Below, piece after piece: positions 28,209-38,158 of a DNA stretch of 64,000 bases. How positions within the stretch are numbered: the first letter of the stretch is position 1; each line of letters starts with the position of its first letter. The DNA is from an uncultured Planctomycetia bacterium (GTDB lineage Bacteria > Omnitrophota > Gorgyraeia > 2-02-FULL-51-18): contig CAYODQ010000001.1 of NCBI GenBank assembly GCA_964402785.1, positions 18,124 through 82,123 on the forward strand, written 5' to 3'. The translations under genes and the position numbers were made by a program. Under the pieces are notes generated by a model. The model was not told the origin of the DNA. It ran no database searches and saw only the letters and a list, made by a program, of their open reading frames with translations.

Positions 28209-30176
28209 GTGAATTCTCCCGTAAAGGTCCTGCTGTTGGAAGACATGCAATCCGATGCGGATCTTATTTTCAATGAGCTGAAGGCATCCGGAATCTCATT
28301 TGATTTTAAGCATGTTGAATCGAAGTCGGATTTTGTAAAAGCTCTTATATATTTCAATCCACAACTTGTTCTCTCAGATTATATGGTGCAAGGCTACAGC
28401 GGTTTGGATGCTTTGCATGAGGTTCAAAAAAACTGTCCACTTTGCCCATTTATTTTTATTTCTTGGGAAATACATCAAGACTCTGTAGTGGAAGCACTCA
28501 AGGCAGGTGCCACAGATCACGTTTTTAAAGAAAGGATCGGGCGGCTAACATTTTCTGTACATCGCGCCCTTCGCGAAGCCAAGGAGAGGCAAGCTCTTGA
28601 GGCGGCGCACCGTGCGCTTCAGATCAGCGAGGAGTATTTCCGTTCTCTCATCGAAAATTCAAGCGATATCATCACCGTTATTGATCAAGCCGGGAAAATT
28701 TATTATGCCAGCCCATCCGTCGAGAAGGTTTTGGGCTACGATACCGCGGAATTTATCGGCCATCATTTATATGAATTCATACACCACGAAGACCACGAAA
28801 ATGCAAAATTCATCCTAAACGAGGAAGGCCAGAAGAAAGACGTGTCTCTGGAATTCCGTTTCCAGCATCATGATGGATCTTGGCGTGGTTTGGAGGCGAT
28901 TGGAAAGCGCGTAACGGTGGAGGGTGAGTCGCGAGTGATCTTGAACGCTCGGGATGTCACGGATCGTCTTTTGGAGCAAGAGGCGTTGCGTGAAAGTATT
29001 ATCCGACATCTCAAAACACAGACTGAGCTTCAGAAAACACAGCAGAGGATCATCCAGCAAGAGCGCTTGGCGGCGATTGGACAGATGGCCAGTGGTATTG
29101 CCCATGACTTTTCTAATGCTCTAATGCCTGTTCTGGGTTTTAGCGAGATCTTAATGAATCAACCAGAAGCGCTAAAAGACCTGACGAAAGTAAAAAAATA
29201 CCTAGAGATGATCAATACTTCCGCCAGAGACGCTATGCATATCGTAGGTGGTTTGAGAGATTTTTATCGCACCAAGGAAAAGAATGAACATTTGGTAGCG
29301 ACCAATGTGAATAAAGTGGTTGAGCAAGCTGTGATGTTGACGCAACCCAAATGGAAAGAGGAGAGCCGTGCCAAAGGGATAGAGATTGAAACGAAGATGG
29401 AGCTCAAAAATGTTCCGGATATGATCGCGAATGAATCTTCTCTTCGCGAGGCTTTGACCAATCTTATTTTTAATGCCGTAGATGCAATGCCGGAGGGCGG
29501 GAAGATCATTTTTAGGAGCCGAGAGGAGGATGGATACGTTCTTCTGGATGTCTCAGATACAGGGCAGGGTATGCCGGAGGATGTAAGAGAGCGCTGCTTT
29601 GAGCCTTTTTACTCGACCAAAGGAAAAGGTGGAACAGGTTTGGGATTGGCGATGGTGTACGGTGTTGTTCGTCGGCATGACGGGGCTATCGATGTCAAAA
29701 GTATTCAGGGGGTTGGAACCACGTTCATGATTCGTCTGCCTGTCAAACAAGTCAAAGGCAAGGACGTTGGTGTACCCGCTCCGGCGACCTTAGAAATGAG
29801 CCGAAAACTTTGGGTGCTTGTGGTGGATGATGAGCCCATGGTTCGCGAAGTCATGACCGAATATCTAAAAGGGGACGGCCATTCGGTGGACACGGCCTGC
29901 AATGGTGTCGAAGCGCTCAAAATATTCAAGGAAAAAAAATTCGACCTTATGATCACCGATCGCGCGATGCCTGAGATGAGTGGTGATCAGTTGACTCAGG
30001 AGATCAAAAAAATTTCTCCGCATATTCCGGTTATTATGTTGACAGGATTTGGCGAATTGATGAAAGCTAAAGGCGAACAACCCCAGGGAGTGAATTGTCT
30101 TTTAAGTAAACCGCTTACTTTTGAAGCCTATCGAAATGCGCTTTTGCGTGTTTTCCCACATGTTAAAAATGCTTAA
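28209..30176 (+). CDS. Hybrid sensor histidine kinase (REC-PAS-HisKA-HATPase_c-REC), cytoplasmic
   Basis: N-terminal REC (VLLLEDMQSD..LSDYMV), PAS, H-box IAHDFSNAL, G-boxes, C-terminal REC (LVVDDEPMV..LMITDRAMP). Confidence 0.9.
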   Translation: MNSPVKVLLLEDMQSDADLIFNELKASGISFDFKHVESKSDFVKALIYFNPQLVLSDYMVQGYSGLDALHEVQKNCPLCPFIFISWEIHQDSVVEALKAGATDHVFKERIGRLTFSVHRALREAKERQALEAAHRALQISEEYFRSLIENSSDIITVIDQAGKIYYASPSVEKVLGYDTAEFIGHHLYEFIHHEDHENAKFILNEEGQKKDVSLEFRFQHHDGSWRGLEAIGKRVTVEGESRVILNARDVTDRLLEQEALRESIIRHLKTQTELQKTQQRIIQQERLAAIGQMASGIAHDFSNALMPVLGFSEILMNQPEALKDLTKVKKYLEMINTSARDAMHIVGGLRDFYRTKEKNEHLVATNVNKVVEQAVMLTQPKWKEESRAKGIEIETKMELKNVPDMIANESSLREALTNLIFNAVDAMPEGGKIIFRSREEDGYVLLDVSDTGQGMPEDVRERCFEPFYSTKGKGGTGLGLAMVYGVVRRHDGAIDVKSIQGVGTTFMIRLPVKQVKGKDVGVPAPATLEMSRKLWVLVVDDEPMVREVMTEYLKGDGHSVDTACNGVEALKIFKEKKFDLMITDRAMPEMSGDQLTQEIKKISPHIPVIMLTGFGELMKAKGEQPQGVNCLLSKPLTFEAYRNALLRVFPHVKNA

Positions 30177-30185
30177 ATACGTTTG

Positions 30186-30214
30186 TTGACACTCGCTTCC
30201 AGCGGGAGTATACT
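30186..30214 (+). promoter_or_regulatory. Sigma70-type promoter TTGACA-17 nt-TATACT upstream of lipoprotein gene
   Basis: Consensus -35 and near-consensus -10 with 17-nt spacer. Confidence 0.55.
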
Positions 30215-30271
30215 CCATTTCAGTTTGAAATTTCGCTCACAAATTGACCCCGAAAAAAGGAAGGAAATGCG

Positions 30272-30802
30272 ATGAAGCATTGGAAAGTTGGATCAGTTGC
30301 GTTGCTAGTCATTATTTTTGCAGCCAGTGGTTGTGCCAAGAAGTCAACAGAGCAGGCAAGTATCGCGGGAACGGGTTTTGACTCGCTTTCCTCCACAGAA
30401 GAGTTGGCACAGTTGCCATCGACTTCTACTGCCAGCCAACAGGGCGCCGTTGAGGTGCTTCCGATCGAAACATCGCCCATTACTCAGGGTGTTCCTCCGA
30501 TCGCGGGACCCACATCCTCTCAAGCCACTTTGTCAGCTGGGACCGTGACAGAAGCGGTATCCGCTGTTGCTGGTTCACTGACTCGTGATCAGCAAATTCA
30601 AACCGCACTTAAGAACGCTGGTTTGTACGCCGGAAATATTGACGGAAAGATCGGCCCTGCATCCAAGCGTGCTATCCAAGAGTTTCAACGTCAAAATAAT
30701 TTAAAAGCAGACGGAAAAGTCGGCCCCAAGACTTGGGCTGCCATGGAACACTACTTGCAGGGTGCTCCCGAAACACAGACTCAGCAAAGCGTCGATCAGT
30801 AA
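30272..30802 (+). CDS. Lipoprotein with C-terminal peptidoglycan-binding (PG_binding_1) domain
   Basis: Lipobox ASGC; LKNAGLYAGNIDGKIGPASKRAIQEFQRQNNLKADGKVGPKTWAAM. Confidence 0.75.
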   Translation: MKHWKVGSVALLVIIFAASGCAKKSTEQASIAGTGFDSLSSTEELAQLPSTSTASQQGAVEVLPIETSPITQGVPPIAGPTSSQATLSAGTVTEAVSAVAGSLTRDQQIQTALKNAGLYAGNIDGKIGPASKRAIQEFQRQNNLKADGKVGPKTWAAMEHYLQGAPETQTQQSVDQ

Positions 30803-30821
30803 CAATACTTGGTTCGAATCT

Positions 30822-30873
30822 CCGCCCTTTCTTGGCTCCGCGCGAGCTTGGAAAGGGCGGTTTTTATTTGTTT
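30822..30873 (+). terminator. Rho-independent terminator (CCGCCCTTTC...GAAAGGGCGG + TTTTTATTTGTTT)
   Basis: 10-bp GC-rich stem with internal GCTC/GAGC sub-stem, U-tract. Confidence 0.75.
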
Positions 30874-30896
30874 AAATCCTCAGTCCTCTATATAAT
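30868..30896 (+). promoter_or_regulatory. Putative sigma70 promoter TTGTTT-17 nt-TATAAT for the sodC operon
   Basis: Hexamers and spacing read from sequence; followed by TTCGTAA direct repeats and a GGAG RBS. Confidence 0.5.
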
Positions 30897-30938
30897 AAAC
30901 TTTCGTAATTTTAATGTTCGTAACGGATCGGAGTATCT

Positions 30939-31457
30939 GTGATCAGAAGAGTTTTGATCGTAACTTTTTTGTTTTTGGCGTATCTTGTTTCGCCGGCATT
31001 TGCAGAGAAGGGTGTGGCTCGTATTCGTGCAACACAGGAAGGTAAGAGTTACACGGGCAATGTTTTGTTTGAGGACACGGATAACGGTCTTAAAGTATCG
31101 GCTGAGCTGCAAGGATTTGTTCCAGGCGACCATGGATTTCATATCCACCAGTTTGGCGACTGTTCCGACACCGGCAAAGCAGCCGGAGGCCACTACAATC
31201 CAGATGGAGCACCGCACGGACTCATCACCAAAGATGGTGTTCAGCACGCCCATGCCGGCGATATGGGCAATGTGACCATCGGGCCGGATGGAACAGGTAA
31301 GGCAGTGGTGGTGATCCCAGCTCTCAGCCTGCTGTCGGGACCATACGCTGTTGCGGGCCGCAGTGTGATCGTACACGAGAATAAAGACGACTTTAGCCAA
31401 CCCCTCGGAAATGCGGGCTCCCGTGTTGGTTGCGGAGAGATCGTTATTTCATCATGA
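30939..31457 (+). CDS. sodC: Periplasmic Cu/Zn superoxide dismutase
   Basis: Signal peptide; GFHIHQFGDCS, HYNPDGAPHG, HAGDMGN metal-ligand motifs; GTG start. Confidence 0.93.
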   Translation: MIRRVLIVTFLFLAYLVSPAFAEKGVARIRATQEGKSYTGNVLFEDTDNGLKVSAELQGFVPGDHGFHIHQFGDCSDTGKAAGGHYNPDGAPHGLITKDGVQHAHAGDMGNVTIGPDGTGKAVVVIPALSLLSGPYAVAGRSVIVHENKDDFSQPLGNAGSRVGCGEIVISS

Positions 31458-32968
31458 ATTTGATATTTCCGTTTTTGTTATCTCAAACGGAATCCACTTC
31501 GGTTGTTTCCCCGACAGCCGTGATCGTTATTCTGTCCTCCATTTTCGTTGCTATTGTGACCGCGTTTGCGCTAAATCGCGCAGCTCATTCTAAAAAAGAA
31601 ATTCGTATTGAAAGCGGATCTATTCCCAAAAAAGAATTTGTGGCTGAAAACCCGGCCACAACAACCGCCCTCAAAGAAAAATTAGCCAGGCTTCCTGTTC
31701 GAATACCCGACCGTGACAATACGATCCAGGAAATATCCAAGATAATCGAAGAGGAGACCGAAACGCGCCTGAAAGAAGTGAAACAAGAATATTCCGTCAA
31801 ATACCAGGTCATGGTCCAGGAAAAAAATAAAGAAGTGGAAGGTGTCCGGCGTGAATTCAATAAGACGGTCGAAAAATACGACGAGGTGAAGCGTCTTTAT
31901 AAACGCACCGAGATCGAAAAAAAGAATACAGAAGCAGTTGTGAAGAGTATTGCGGATGGGCTAGTGGTGGTCAATGACAAAGGTGAGGTTTTGTTGATGA
32001 ATCCAGCCGCCGAGAAGATACTTGGCACGCAAAGCCAAAAAAAAGTTGGAAAAAATGTGATGGAGGGGCTGGGTTCTGAGCATCTTGTATCCATGAGCCG
32101 CCAGTTGGACGAGAGCGGGGAGAAGGTGGTGGAATACACCTCCAAAGATGAGAATGTCAAAAAAGTGATACGCTCTTCAAGTGCCGTGATCCAGAACGAG
32201 GACGGACAAACGATAGGTATGGTCAATGTGTTGACGGATGTGACCAAACAAAAAGAGTTGGATGAGATCAAAACACGTTTTGTTTCCAATGTCACCCATG
32301 AGCTTCGTACACCGATCGTGGCCATGCAAAAGGCGATCGAGATCCTGATGGACAAAAAAGGCCCTCCGCTTAGTGATATGCAGCAAAACTTTTTGGGGAT
32401 TGTGCAGCGCAATATGGCAATGCTTTCACGTTTGGTGGAAGATCTGCTGGATATGGCTAAGATCGAGTCCGGTAAGATGCGCCTTAAGTTTTTGCCGGTC
32501 AGGATCGATAAAGTGGTGAGCGATGCCTGCGAAGCGCTGGTGACTTGGGCCAACTCCAAAGAAATCCAGCTCGAGAAGGACATTGATAAAAGTTTACCCG
32601 AATTGACCGTGGATTCTGTTAAAATAACTCAGGTATTGAATAACTTGATAGGAAATGCTATCAAGTTTACGCCCAAGACGGGCAAAATATTCGTCAGTTG
32701 TGGCTGGCATGATGCTCAAAATGTTAAAATAGCGGTTCGCGATACGGGTGTTGGTATCGCAAAAGAGAATATCGCTAAGTTGTTCGGGCGCTTTGAGCAG
32801 TTTGGTGATTTACAAGGGATCAGTGGTACGGGGCTCGGTTTATGCATCTCCAAGGAGATCGTGGAGAGGCATGGCGGCAAGATTTGGGTGGAAAGTGAAG
32901 AAAAAAAAGGGGCGACGTTTACGTTTACGCTCCCCATTAAGCAGCAAGCAGTGATAGGAGGCGTTTGA
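31454..32968 (+). CDS. Membrane sensor histidine kinase (TM-coiled coil-PAS-HisKA-HATPase_c)
   Basis: H-box VTHELRTPI; N/G boxes [21 protein letters not shown]; ATG31454 overlaps sodC stop (ATGA). Confidence 0.9.
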   Translation: MNLIFPFLLSQTESTSVVSPTAVIVILSSIFVAIVTAFALNRAAHSKKEIRIESGSIPKKEFVAENPATTTALKEKLARLPVRIPDRDNTIQEISKIIEEETETRLKEVKQEYSVKYQVMVQEKNKEVEGVRREFNKTVEKYDEVKRLYKRTEIEKKNTEAVVKSIADGLVVVNDKGEVLLMNPAAEKILGTQSQKKVGKNVMEGLGSEHLVSMSRQLDESGEKVVEYTSKDENVKKVIRSSSAVIQNEDGQTIGMVNVLTDVTKQKELDEIKTRFVSNVTHELRTPIVAMQKAIEILMDKKGPPLSDMQQNFLGIVQRNMAMLSRLVEDLLDMAKIESGKMRLKFLPVRIDKVVSDACEALVTWANSKEIQLEKDIDKSLPELTVDSVKITQVLNNLIGNAIKFTPKTGKIFVSCGWHDAQNVKIAVRDTGVGIAKENIAKLFGRFEQFGDLQGISGTGLGLCISKEIVERHGGKIWVESEEKKGATFTFTLPIKQQAVIGGV

Positions 32969-33363
32969 TGGCGAAGGAAATTTGTATTTTATTTGTCGAT
33001 GATCAGCCGGATTTTTTGGAGACGATGACGTATTGGATGCGTAATCGTGGCTATCAAGTGATCACTGCTGGTGGCGGCCCCGAGGGTATAGATCTTCTCA
33101 AGAAAAATGAACAAGTAGATATCGTTTTCGCCGATTTTAAAATGGAAGGCATGAACGGTATCGAAATGATCACCAAGATCCGAGAGTTCAATAAAACGAT
33201 CCCGATCGTGATGGTCACGGCGCATGCAGACGATGCCATGATCCATAAGACCAAAGACCTCAATATCTCAGGTTTCTTCTCAAAAATGGGTGGTTTTGAG
33301 GATCTGGAACAGGTGATCGAAGTGGTGCTTCGCAGCATCAAGCGATCGAAGGGCAACGCCTGA
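32965..33363 (+). CDS. Single-domain response regulator (REC only)
   Basis: [25 protein letters not shown]; ATGA overlap with kinase. Confidence 0.85.
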   Translation: MMAKEICILFVDDQPDFLETMTYWMRNRGYQVITAGGGPEGIDLLKKNEQVDIVFADFKMEGMNGIEMITKIREFNKTIPIVMVTAHADDAMIHKTKDLNISGFFSKMGGFEDLEQVIEVVLRSIKRSKGNA

Positions 33364-33373
33364 GGTTTTTTAC

Positions 33374-34507
33374 ATGAATCTCAAAGCAGCTATTTTTTTT
33401 CTACTCTGCTTTACTATTACTACATCTCTCCTGGCCGAAGACAATGATGTTGTTTTGGGTTTGGTAGCGCCGCTTACGGGTGACCAGTCGTTCATTGGCA
33501 TTGGTATGAGGCAGGGCGCCGAGCTCGCTATCGAAGACGCCAATATCAAGGGCCCTATTTTTGGGGCATCCAAGATCAAGCTTCAAGCCGAAGACGACCA
33601 GCACAACCCAACCCAAGCTGTTCTAGCCGCCAATAAACTCATCGCCAATCCGGATGTGATGGCAGTTGTCGGACATTTTAATTCCAGCTGCACGAAAGCC
33701 GCCTCCACGATCTATCATGAAGCGCGGCTGACTCAAGCAACACCCGCCTCCACCAACCCCGAGATCTCGCAGCAAGGATTTGATACTTTTTTTCGTATGT
33801 GTGCGACCGATGATGTGCAAGCGCCCGCTGCAGCTGAGTTCGTCAAAAATGATCTGCATGTATCGGAGATCGTGGTCATCGATGATCAAACCACTTATGG
33901 CCGAGGGCTGGCGAACGAGTTCGAAAAAAAATTCAAATCAATGGGCGGTGTTGTGCTTCATCGGGATGGTATTACTCAGGGAGATAAGGATTTTATGTCT
34001 CTTTTGACCAAGGTCAAATCCAAAAAACCGCAGGCTGTCTTTTTTGGTGGCATCTATCCTGAGATGGCTTTGCTGTTGAAACAATCCAAAAAGGTGGGCC
34101 TCAAAGCTCCTTGGATAGGGGGCGATGGGATCTATGATGCGACACTTATTCAGCTGGCCTCACCCGAACTTGCTGAGGGCACCTACGCCACGATGTTGGG
34201 GGTAGATCCTAAAAGTTTGCCTGCCGCACAGGATTTTGTGACGCGTTACGAAGCGAGGTTTGGGGCGTTGGGGTCGTATTCCGCTTACGGTTATGATACG
34301 GCAGCGATCCTGATCGAAGCTATTCGCCGCGCGGGTAAAAAGGATCGTGAGGCTGTATTATCCGAGATGAAAAAAATGAAAGATTTCCCCGGGATCCTGG
34401 GTGCCGTCAATTTTGACGCCAAGGGTGATGCGATCGGGCGAAGTGTGGGTGTGTTCAAGGTCGAAAACGGCAAGTTCATTTTTATCAAAGAAATGAAATC
34501 CAATTAG
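33374..34507 (+). CDS. Branched-chain amino acid ABC transporter substrate-binding protein (LivJ/K family)
   Basis: Signal peptide, type I periplasmic binding fold motifs, followed by livHMGF. Confidence 0.9.
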   Translation: MNLKAAIFFLLCFTITTSLLAEDNDVVLGLVAPLTGDQSFIGIGMRQGAELAIEDANIKGPIFGASKIKLQAEDDQHNPTQAVLAANKLIANPDVMAVVGHFNSSCTKAASTIYHEARLTQATPASTNPEISQQGFDTFFRMCATDDVQAPAAAEFVKNDLHVSEIVVIDDQTTYGRGLANEFEKKFKSMGGVVLHRDGITQGDKDFMSLLTKVKSKKPQAVFFGGIYPEMALLLKQSKKVGLKAPWIGGDGIYDATLIQLASPELAEGTYATMLGVDPKSLPAAQDFVTRYEARFGALGSYSAYGYDTAAILIEAIRRAGKKDREAVLSEMKKMKDFPGILGAVNFDAKGDAIGRSVGVFKVENGKFIFIKEMKSN

Positions 34508-35413
34508 TTGCAGCTTTTTTTTCAGCAATTATCCAACGGCCTTACGGTAGGCCTTATATACGCGCTGATCGCTCTGGGTTACACCATGGTGTACGGCGTT
34601 CTTCAGCTTATCAATTTTGCGCATGGTGAAGTGTTCATGGTGGGTGGTTATTTAGCGCTCACTGCGATAGCCTTGACCACATTTCTTTGGCCCAACCTAC
34701 CATTCTGGCTGGCTATTCCATTGGTTGTGATCTTTACTGTCCTTGGAACCTCTTTTTTGGGAGCTCTGATTGAAAAGACGGCTTACCGGCCTTTGCGCGG
34801 TTCTCCCAAGTTGACCGCATTGATCAGCTCTATCGGAATATCATTTTTTCTTCAGAACATCGTAATGCTGATCTATGGTTCTAAGGAACAGGTGGTGCCT
34901 GAAATTCTTCCTTCATGGCAGGTCGACGTGGGTGACGTCACGATCACGCTAGTACAGGTGATCATTTTGATCATATCGGTCAGCCTCATGGTTTTTTTAA
35001 ATTGGTTCATACGTTCCACACGAACCGGCCGGGCGATGCGGGCTGTGTCTGAGGACACAGAAGCGGCTTATCTTATGGGAATATCAGTGAATCGCGTTAT
35101 CCAAGCTACATTTGTATTGGGCTCAGCGTTGGCGGCTGTGGGAGGCACTCTTTTTGCTATGAATTACGGAAGTCTCAATTTTCACGATGGCTATATGGCA
35201 GGGCTCAAGGCGTTTACGGCGGCTGTTTTTGGCGGCATCGGATCCATCTCAGGCGCTATGCTGGGCGGCGTATTATTGGGAGTTTTTGAGGTTTTTGGAG
35301 CGGGTTATATTTCATCCGAATGGAAAGATGTTTTTGCATTTGTTCTCTTAGTGGTCATGCTGCTTTTTAAGCCATCCGGTATTTTGGGTGAGCCTACTTC
35401 GGAAAAAGTTTAA
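34508..35413 (+). CDS. livH: Branched-chain amino acid ABC transporter permease
   Basis: Polytopic; LivH-like. Confidence 0.9.
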   Translation: MQLFFQQLSNGLTVGLIYALIALGYTMVYGVLQLINFAHGEVFMVGGYLALTAIALTTFLWPNLPFWLAIPLVVIFTVLGTSFLGALIEKTAYRPLRGSPKLTALISSIGISFFLQNIVMLIYGSKEQVVPEILPSWQVDVGDVTITLVQVIILIISVSLMVFLNWFIRSTRTGRAMRAVSEDTEAAYLMGISVNRVIQATFVLGSALAAVGGTLFAMNYGSLNFHDGYMAGLKAFTAAVFGGIGSISGAMLGGVLLGVFEVFGAGYISSEWKDVFAFVLLVVMLLFKPSGILGEPTSEKV

Positions 35414-36379
35414 GTGAAATTTTTTAAACATCCCATTCTAAGATATCTACTTCCTTTTGCGCTTATCCCGCTCGTCGATCACAACCGTTATCACCTCGAC
35501 GTGCTGACCGGCGTGGGTTTGTATGCGTTATTGGCAGTGGGACTGAATGTTGTTGTCGGGATGGCGGGATTGCTTAATTTAGGATATGCCGCATTTTTTG
35601 CCATCGGAGCCTATACGTGTGCTTTGGCCAATTTGCATTGGCATTGGAATTTTTGGCTTAGCCTGCCGCTTGCCGGACTTGTTTCTATGTTGTTTGGGTT
35701 TCTGATCGGGCTTCCATCTATTCGCGTGCGTGGAGATTATCTTGCGATCACGACGCTGGGTTTTGGGGAGATCGTCAGGATCTCTTTCAATAATCTAGAC
35801 ACCTGGACCGGCGGCCCCAATGGTTTGCTGGGAATATCCCGCCCGACCGTTTTTGGTTACACTTTTTCTGTGAATCCCGAGCCATATTATTATCTGATCT
35901 TATTTTTGTTGGCCAGCACGATCTATTTTCTATTGCGATTAAGTGACTCCAAAATGGGGCGGGCTTTGGTGGCGATCCGCGAGGATGAGCTGGCAGCTTC
36001 CTGTATGGGTATTCCCGTTGTACAGGTGAAGCTGGTGGCATTTGGGATCAGTTCTTTTATTGCCGGGATGGCGGGCGCTTTTTTTGCATCCAAACAAACG
36101 ATGATCACGCCTGATAGTTTTGATTTTGTGTTCTCTGTTTTGATCTTGGCGATGGTGGTGTTGGGCGGTATGGGCAATATTTGGGGCGCGGTTCTGGGGG
36201 CGCTGGTTCTAGGTTTATTGCCTGAGCTTTTGCGTAGTTTTGCAGCGTATCGCATGCTCATTTTTGGGGTGCTCATGATCGTGATGATGATCTTCCGGCC
36301 TCAAGGGATATTGGGAAATCACATTATTAGCCGGGAGCTTAGATCCAGAAAATCCGAGGTTGAAGATGCCTCTTCTTGA
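35414..36379 (+). CDS. livM: Branched-chain amino acid ABC transporter permease
   Basis: Polytopic; LivM-like. Confidence 0.88.
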   Translation: MKFFKHPILRYLLPFALIPLVDHNRYHLDVLTGVGLYALLAVGLNVVVGMAGLLNLGYAAFFAIGAYTCALANLHWHWNFWLSLPLAGLVSMLFGFLIGLPSIRVRGDYLAITTLGFGEIVRISFNNLDTWTGGPNGLLGISRPTVFGYTFSVNPEPYYYLILFLLASTIYFLLRLSDSKMGRALVAIREDELAASCMGIPVVQVKLVAFGISSFIAGMAGAFFASKQTMITPDSFDFVFSVLILAMVVLGGMGNIWGAVLGALVLGLLPELLRSFAAYRMLIFGVLMIVMMIFRPQGILGNHIISRELRSRKSEVEDASS

Positions 36380-37133
36380 AGTGGAGTCCGTTTCCAAACG
36401 GTTTGGCGGTGTCCAGGCGCTCAAGAATGTCAGCCTGACGATCTCCGAGGGGGAGATCGTGGGTTTGATCGGACCCAACGGTGCCGGAAAAACCTCATTT
36501 TTTAATTGCATCACCGGGCTTATGCCGATCGATGAGGGGCAGGTTTTACTCATGGAGAGGAGTATTTCTCTCAAGTCTCTGGCACCTCATCGGATTCTTG
36601 AAAGTGGCGTGGCGCGCACTTTTCAAAATTTAAGGATATTTAAGAATATGACTGCGCTGGAGAACGTGGCAGTTGGTTTTCATTCACGTATTCGGTATGG
36701 GATCTGGGAATCCACGATTCGTTCCAAAAGGTTCGCAGAAGAGGAGAAGATGATCTTTCAGAGAAGCCATGATCTTTTGAAGTTGATCGGGCTGGAGAAT
36801 AAGGGTAATGAGATCGCTGGCAATCTATCCTATGGCGGCCAAAAGCGCCTTGAGATAGCGCGCGCATTGGCGTCCGAGCCCAAACTGCTGCTTTTGGATG
36901 AGCCGGTGGCGGGTATGAACCCAACCGAGAAAGAAGAGCTTTCGGATCTGATCCGTAAGATCCGGTCGCGCAATGTTGCTATTCTACTCATCGAGCATGA
37001 TATGAAGGTCGTAATGCCTTTGTCGCAGAGGATCGTGGTCTTGGATGAAGGACAAAAGATCGCCGAAGGCACCGCCGATAAGGTCAAGAACGATCCTCGT
37101 GTTATCAAGGCTTATCTGGGAGAGTCGCTCTGA
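36360..37133 (+). CDS. livG: Branched-chain amino acid ABC transporter ATP-binding protein
   Basis: GPNGAGKTS Walker A, LSYGGQKRLEIARAL signature. Confidence 0.92.
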   Translation: MKMPLLEVESVSKRFGGVQALKNVSLTISEGEIVGLIGPNGAGKTSFFNCITGLMPIDEGQVLLMERSISLKSLAPHRILESGVARTFQNLRIFKNMTALENVAVGFHSRIRYGIWESTIRSKRFAEEEKMIFQRSHDLLKLIGLENKGNEIAGNLSYGGQKRLEIARALASEPKLLLLDEPVAGMNPTEKEELSDLIRKIRSRNVAILLIEHDMKVVMPLSQRIVVLDEGQKIAEGTADKVKNDPRVIKAYLGESL

Positions 37134-37840
37134 TGCTAGAGATGAGGCATGTTTATACACGGTATGGCCAGGTGGAGTGCCTGAAAGGCATTAACTTTAA
37201 GGTTCAAGAAAATGAGATCGTTGCACTCCTCGGAGCCAATGGTGCCGGAAAGACCACGGTTCTCAAAACTCTTTCTGGTTTAGTACGTCCCACGGCCGGC
37301 GAAGTTCTATTTCAGGGTAAAAAAATATCTTCATTATCACCGGAGACGATCGTGCGGGTTGGCATCTCACATGTACCTGAAGGCCGCAAAATTTTTCAAA
37401 AATTGACCGTGTTGGAAAATCTGGCTTTGGGGGCTTACACAAGGCGCGATGCCGCACAGATCAAAAAGGACATGGAGAGCAACTTTGAACTTTTTCCCAT
37501 TTTAGAAAATCGCAGACATCAGAAAGCCGGGACATTGTCTGGGGGTGAGCAGCAAATGCTGGCGCTGGCCAGGGCGCTGATGGCACGCCCATCTGTGCTT
37601 TTGTTGGACGAACCGTCGCTGGGGTTGGCTCCCATATTTGTTTCCACGATCTTTAAAATGATCGAAACTATCCACCGCCAAGGCAAAACGATCTTGATCG
37701 TGGAGCAAAATGCGAGCATGGCGCTAAAGATCGCCAGTCGCGCGTATGTTCTGGAGATAGGGCAGATTGTTTTGGAGGGAGATGCAAAAACGGTGAAGAG
37801 CAGTGCTGCGGTTCAAGAAGCTTACCTGGGTGGCTCTTAG
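37133..37840 (+). CDS. livF: Branched-chain amino acid ABC transporter ATP-binding protein
   Basis: GANGAGKTT, LSGGEQQMLALARAL. Confidence 0.92.
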   Translation: MLEMRHVYTRYGQVECLKGINFKVQENEIVALLGANGAGKTTVLKTLSGLVRPTAGEVLFQGKKISSLSPETIVRVGISHVPEGRKIFQKLTVLENLALGAYTRRDAAQIKKDMESNFELFPILENRRHQKAGTLSGGEQQMLALARALMARPSVLLLDEPSLGLAPIFVSTIFKMIETIHRQGKTILIVEQNASMALKIASRAYVLEIGQIVLEGDAKTVKSSAAVQEAYLGGS

Positions 37841-37847
37841 AGTATTT

Positions 37848-38057
37848 TTAGATCGCCTTTTTCTTCAAGACAAAACAAAGGTTCTTCTTTTCATCCATGG
37901 TGATATCCAGCGTGCGATCCTGAAGCGCTTTTTTATGCTGCCTGCAGAGTAGGACAGGGAACATGTCATCCGGCTGCGGCATCACATTGGTCACCGTTTC
38001 AATGTCCACGTGTTCTTCGGTACCGCACACTGAGCATATTTTTTCGAGCTTGGGCAT
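37848..38057 (-). CDS. Small hypothetical protein (69 aa) with CxxC...CxxH zinc-ribbon-like pattern
   Basis: CSVCG ... LLCRQH; SD-like AAGAGG 5 nt upstream of ATG on minus strand; convergent with livF. Confidence 0.45.
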   Translation of the reverse strand: MPKLEKICSVCGTEEHVDIETVTNVMPQPDDMFPVLLCRQHKKALQDRTLDITMDEKKNLCFVLKKKAI

Positions 38058-38158
38058 CTATAACCTCTTAAGGAGAGCTATCTTAACACAAAACACTGAT
38101 TTTCATCCACCACTTAAAGATGCTTAATCTTGATGAACGTTTATGCTAGAATACCGCC

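Noticed and set aside
30808-30825. GGTTCGAATCTCC, resembling a tRNA T-arm/3' end
   Set aside because: Flanking sequence cannot form acceptor/T stems or a cloverleaf. It is part of the terminator hairpin after the lipoprotein gene.
31897-32583. Minus-strand 228-aa ORF inside the sensor kinase gene
   Set aside because: Antisense to the HisKA/HATPase region. Ser/Leu-rich low-complexity product.
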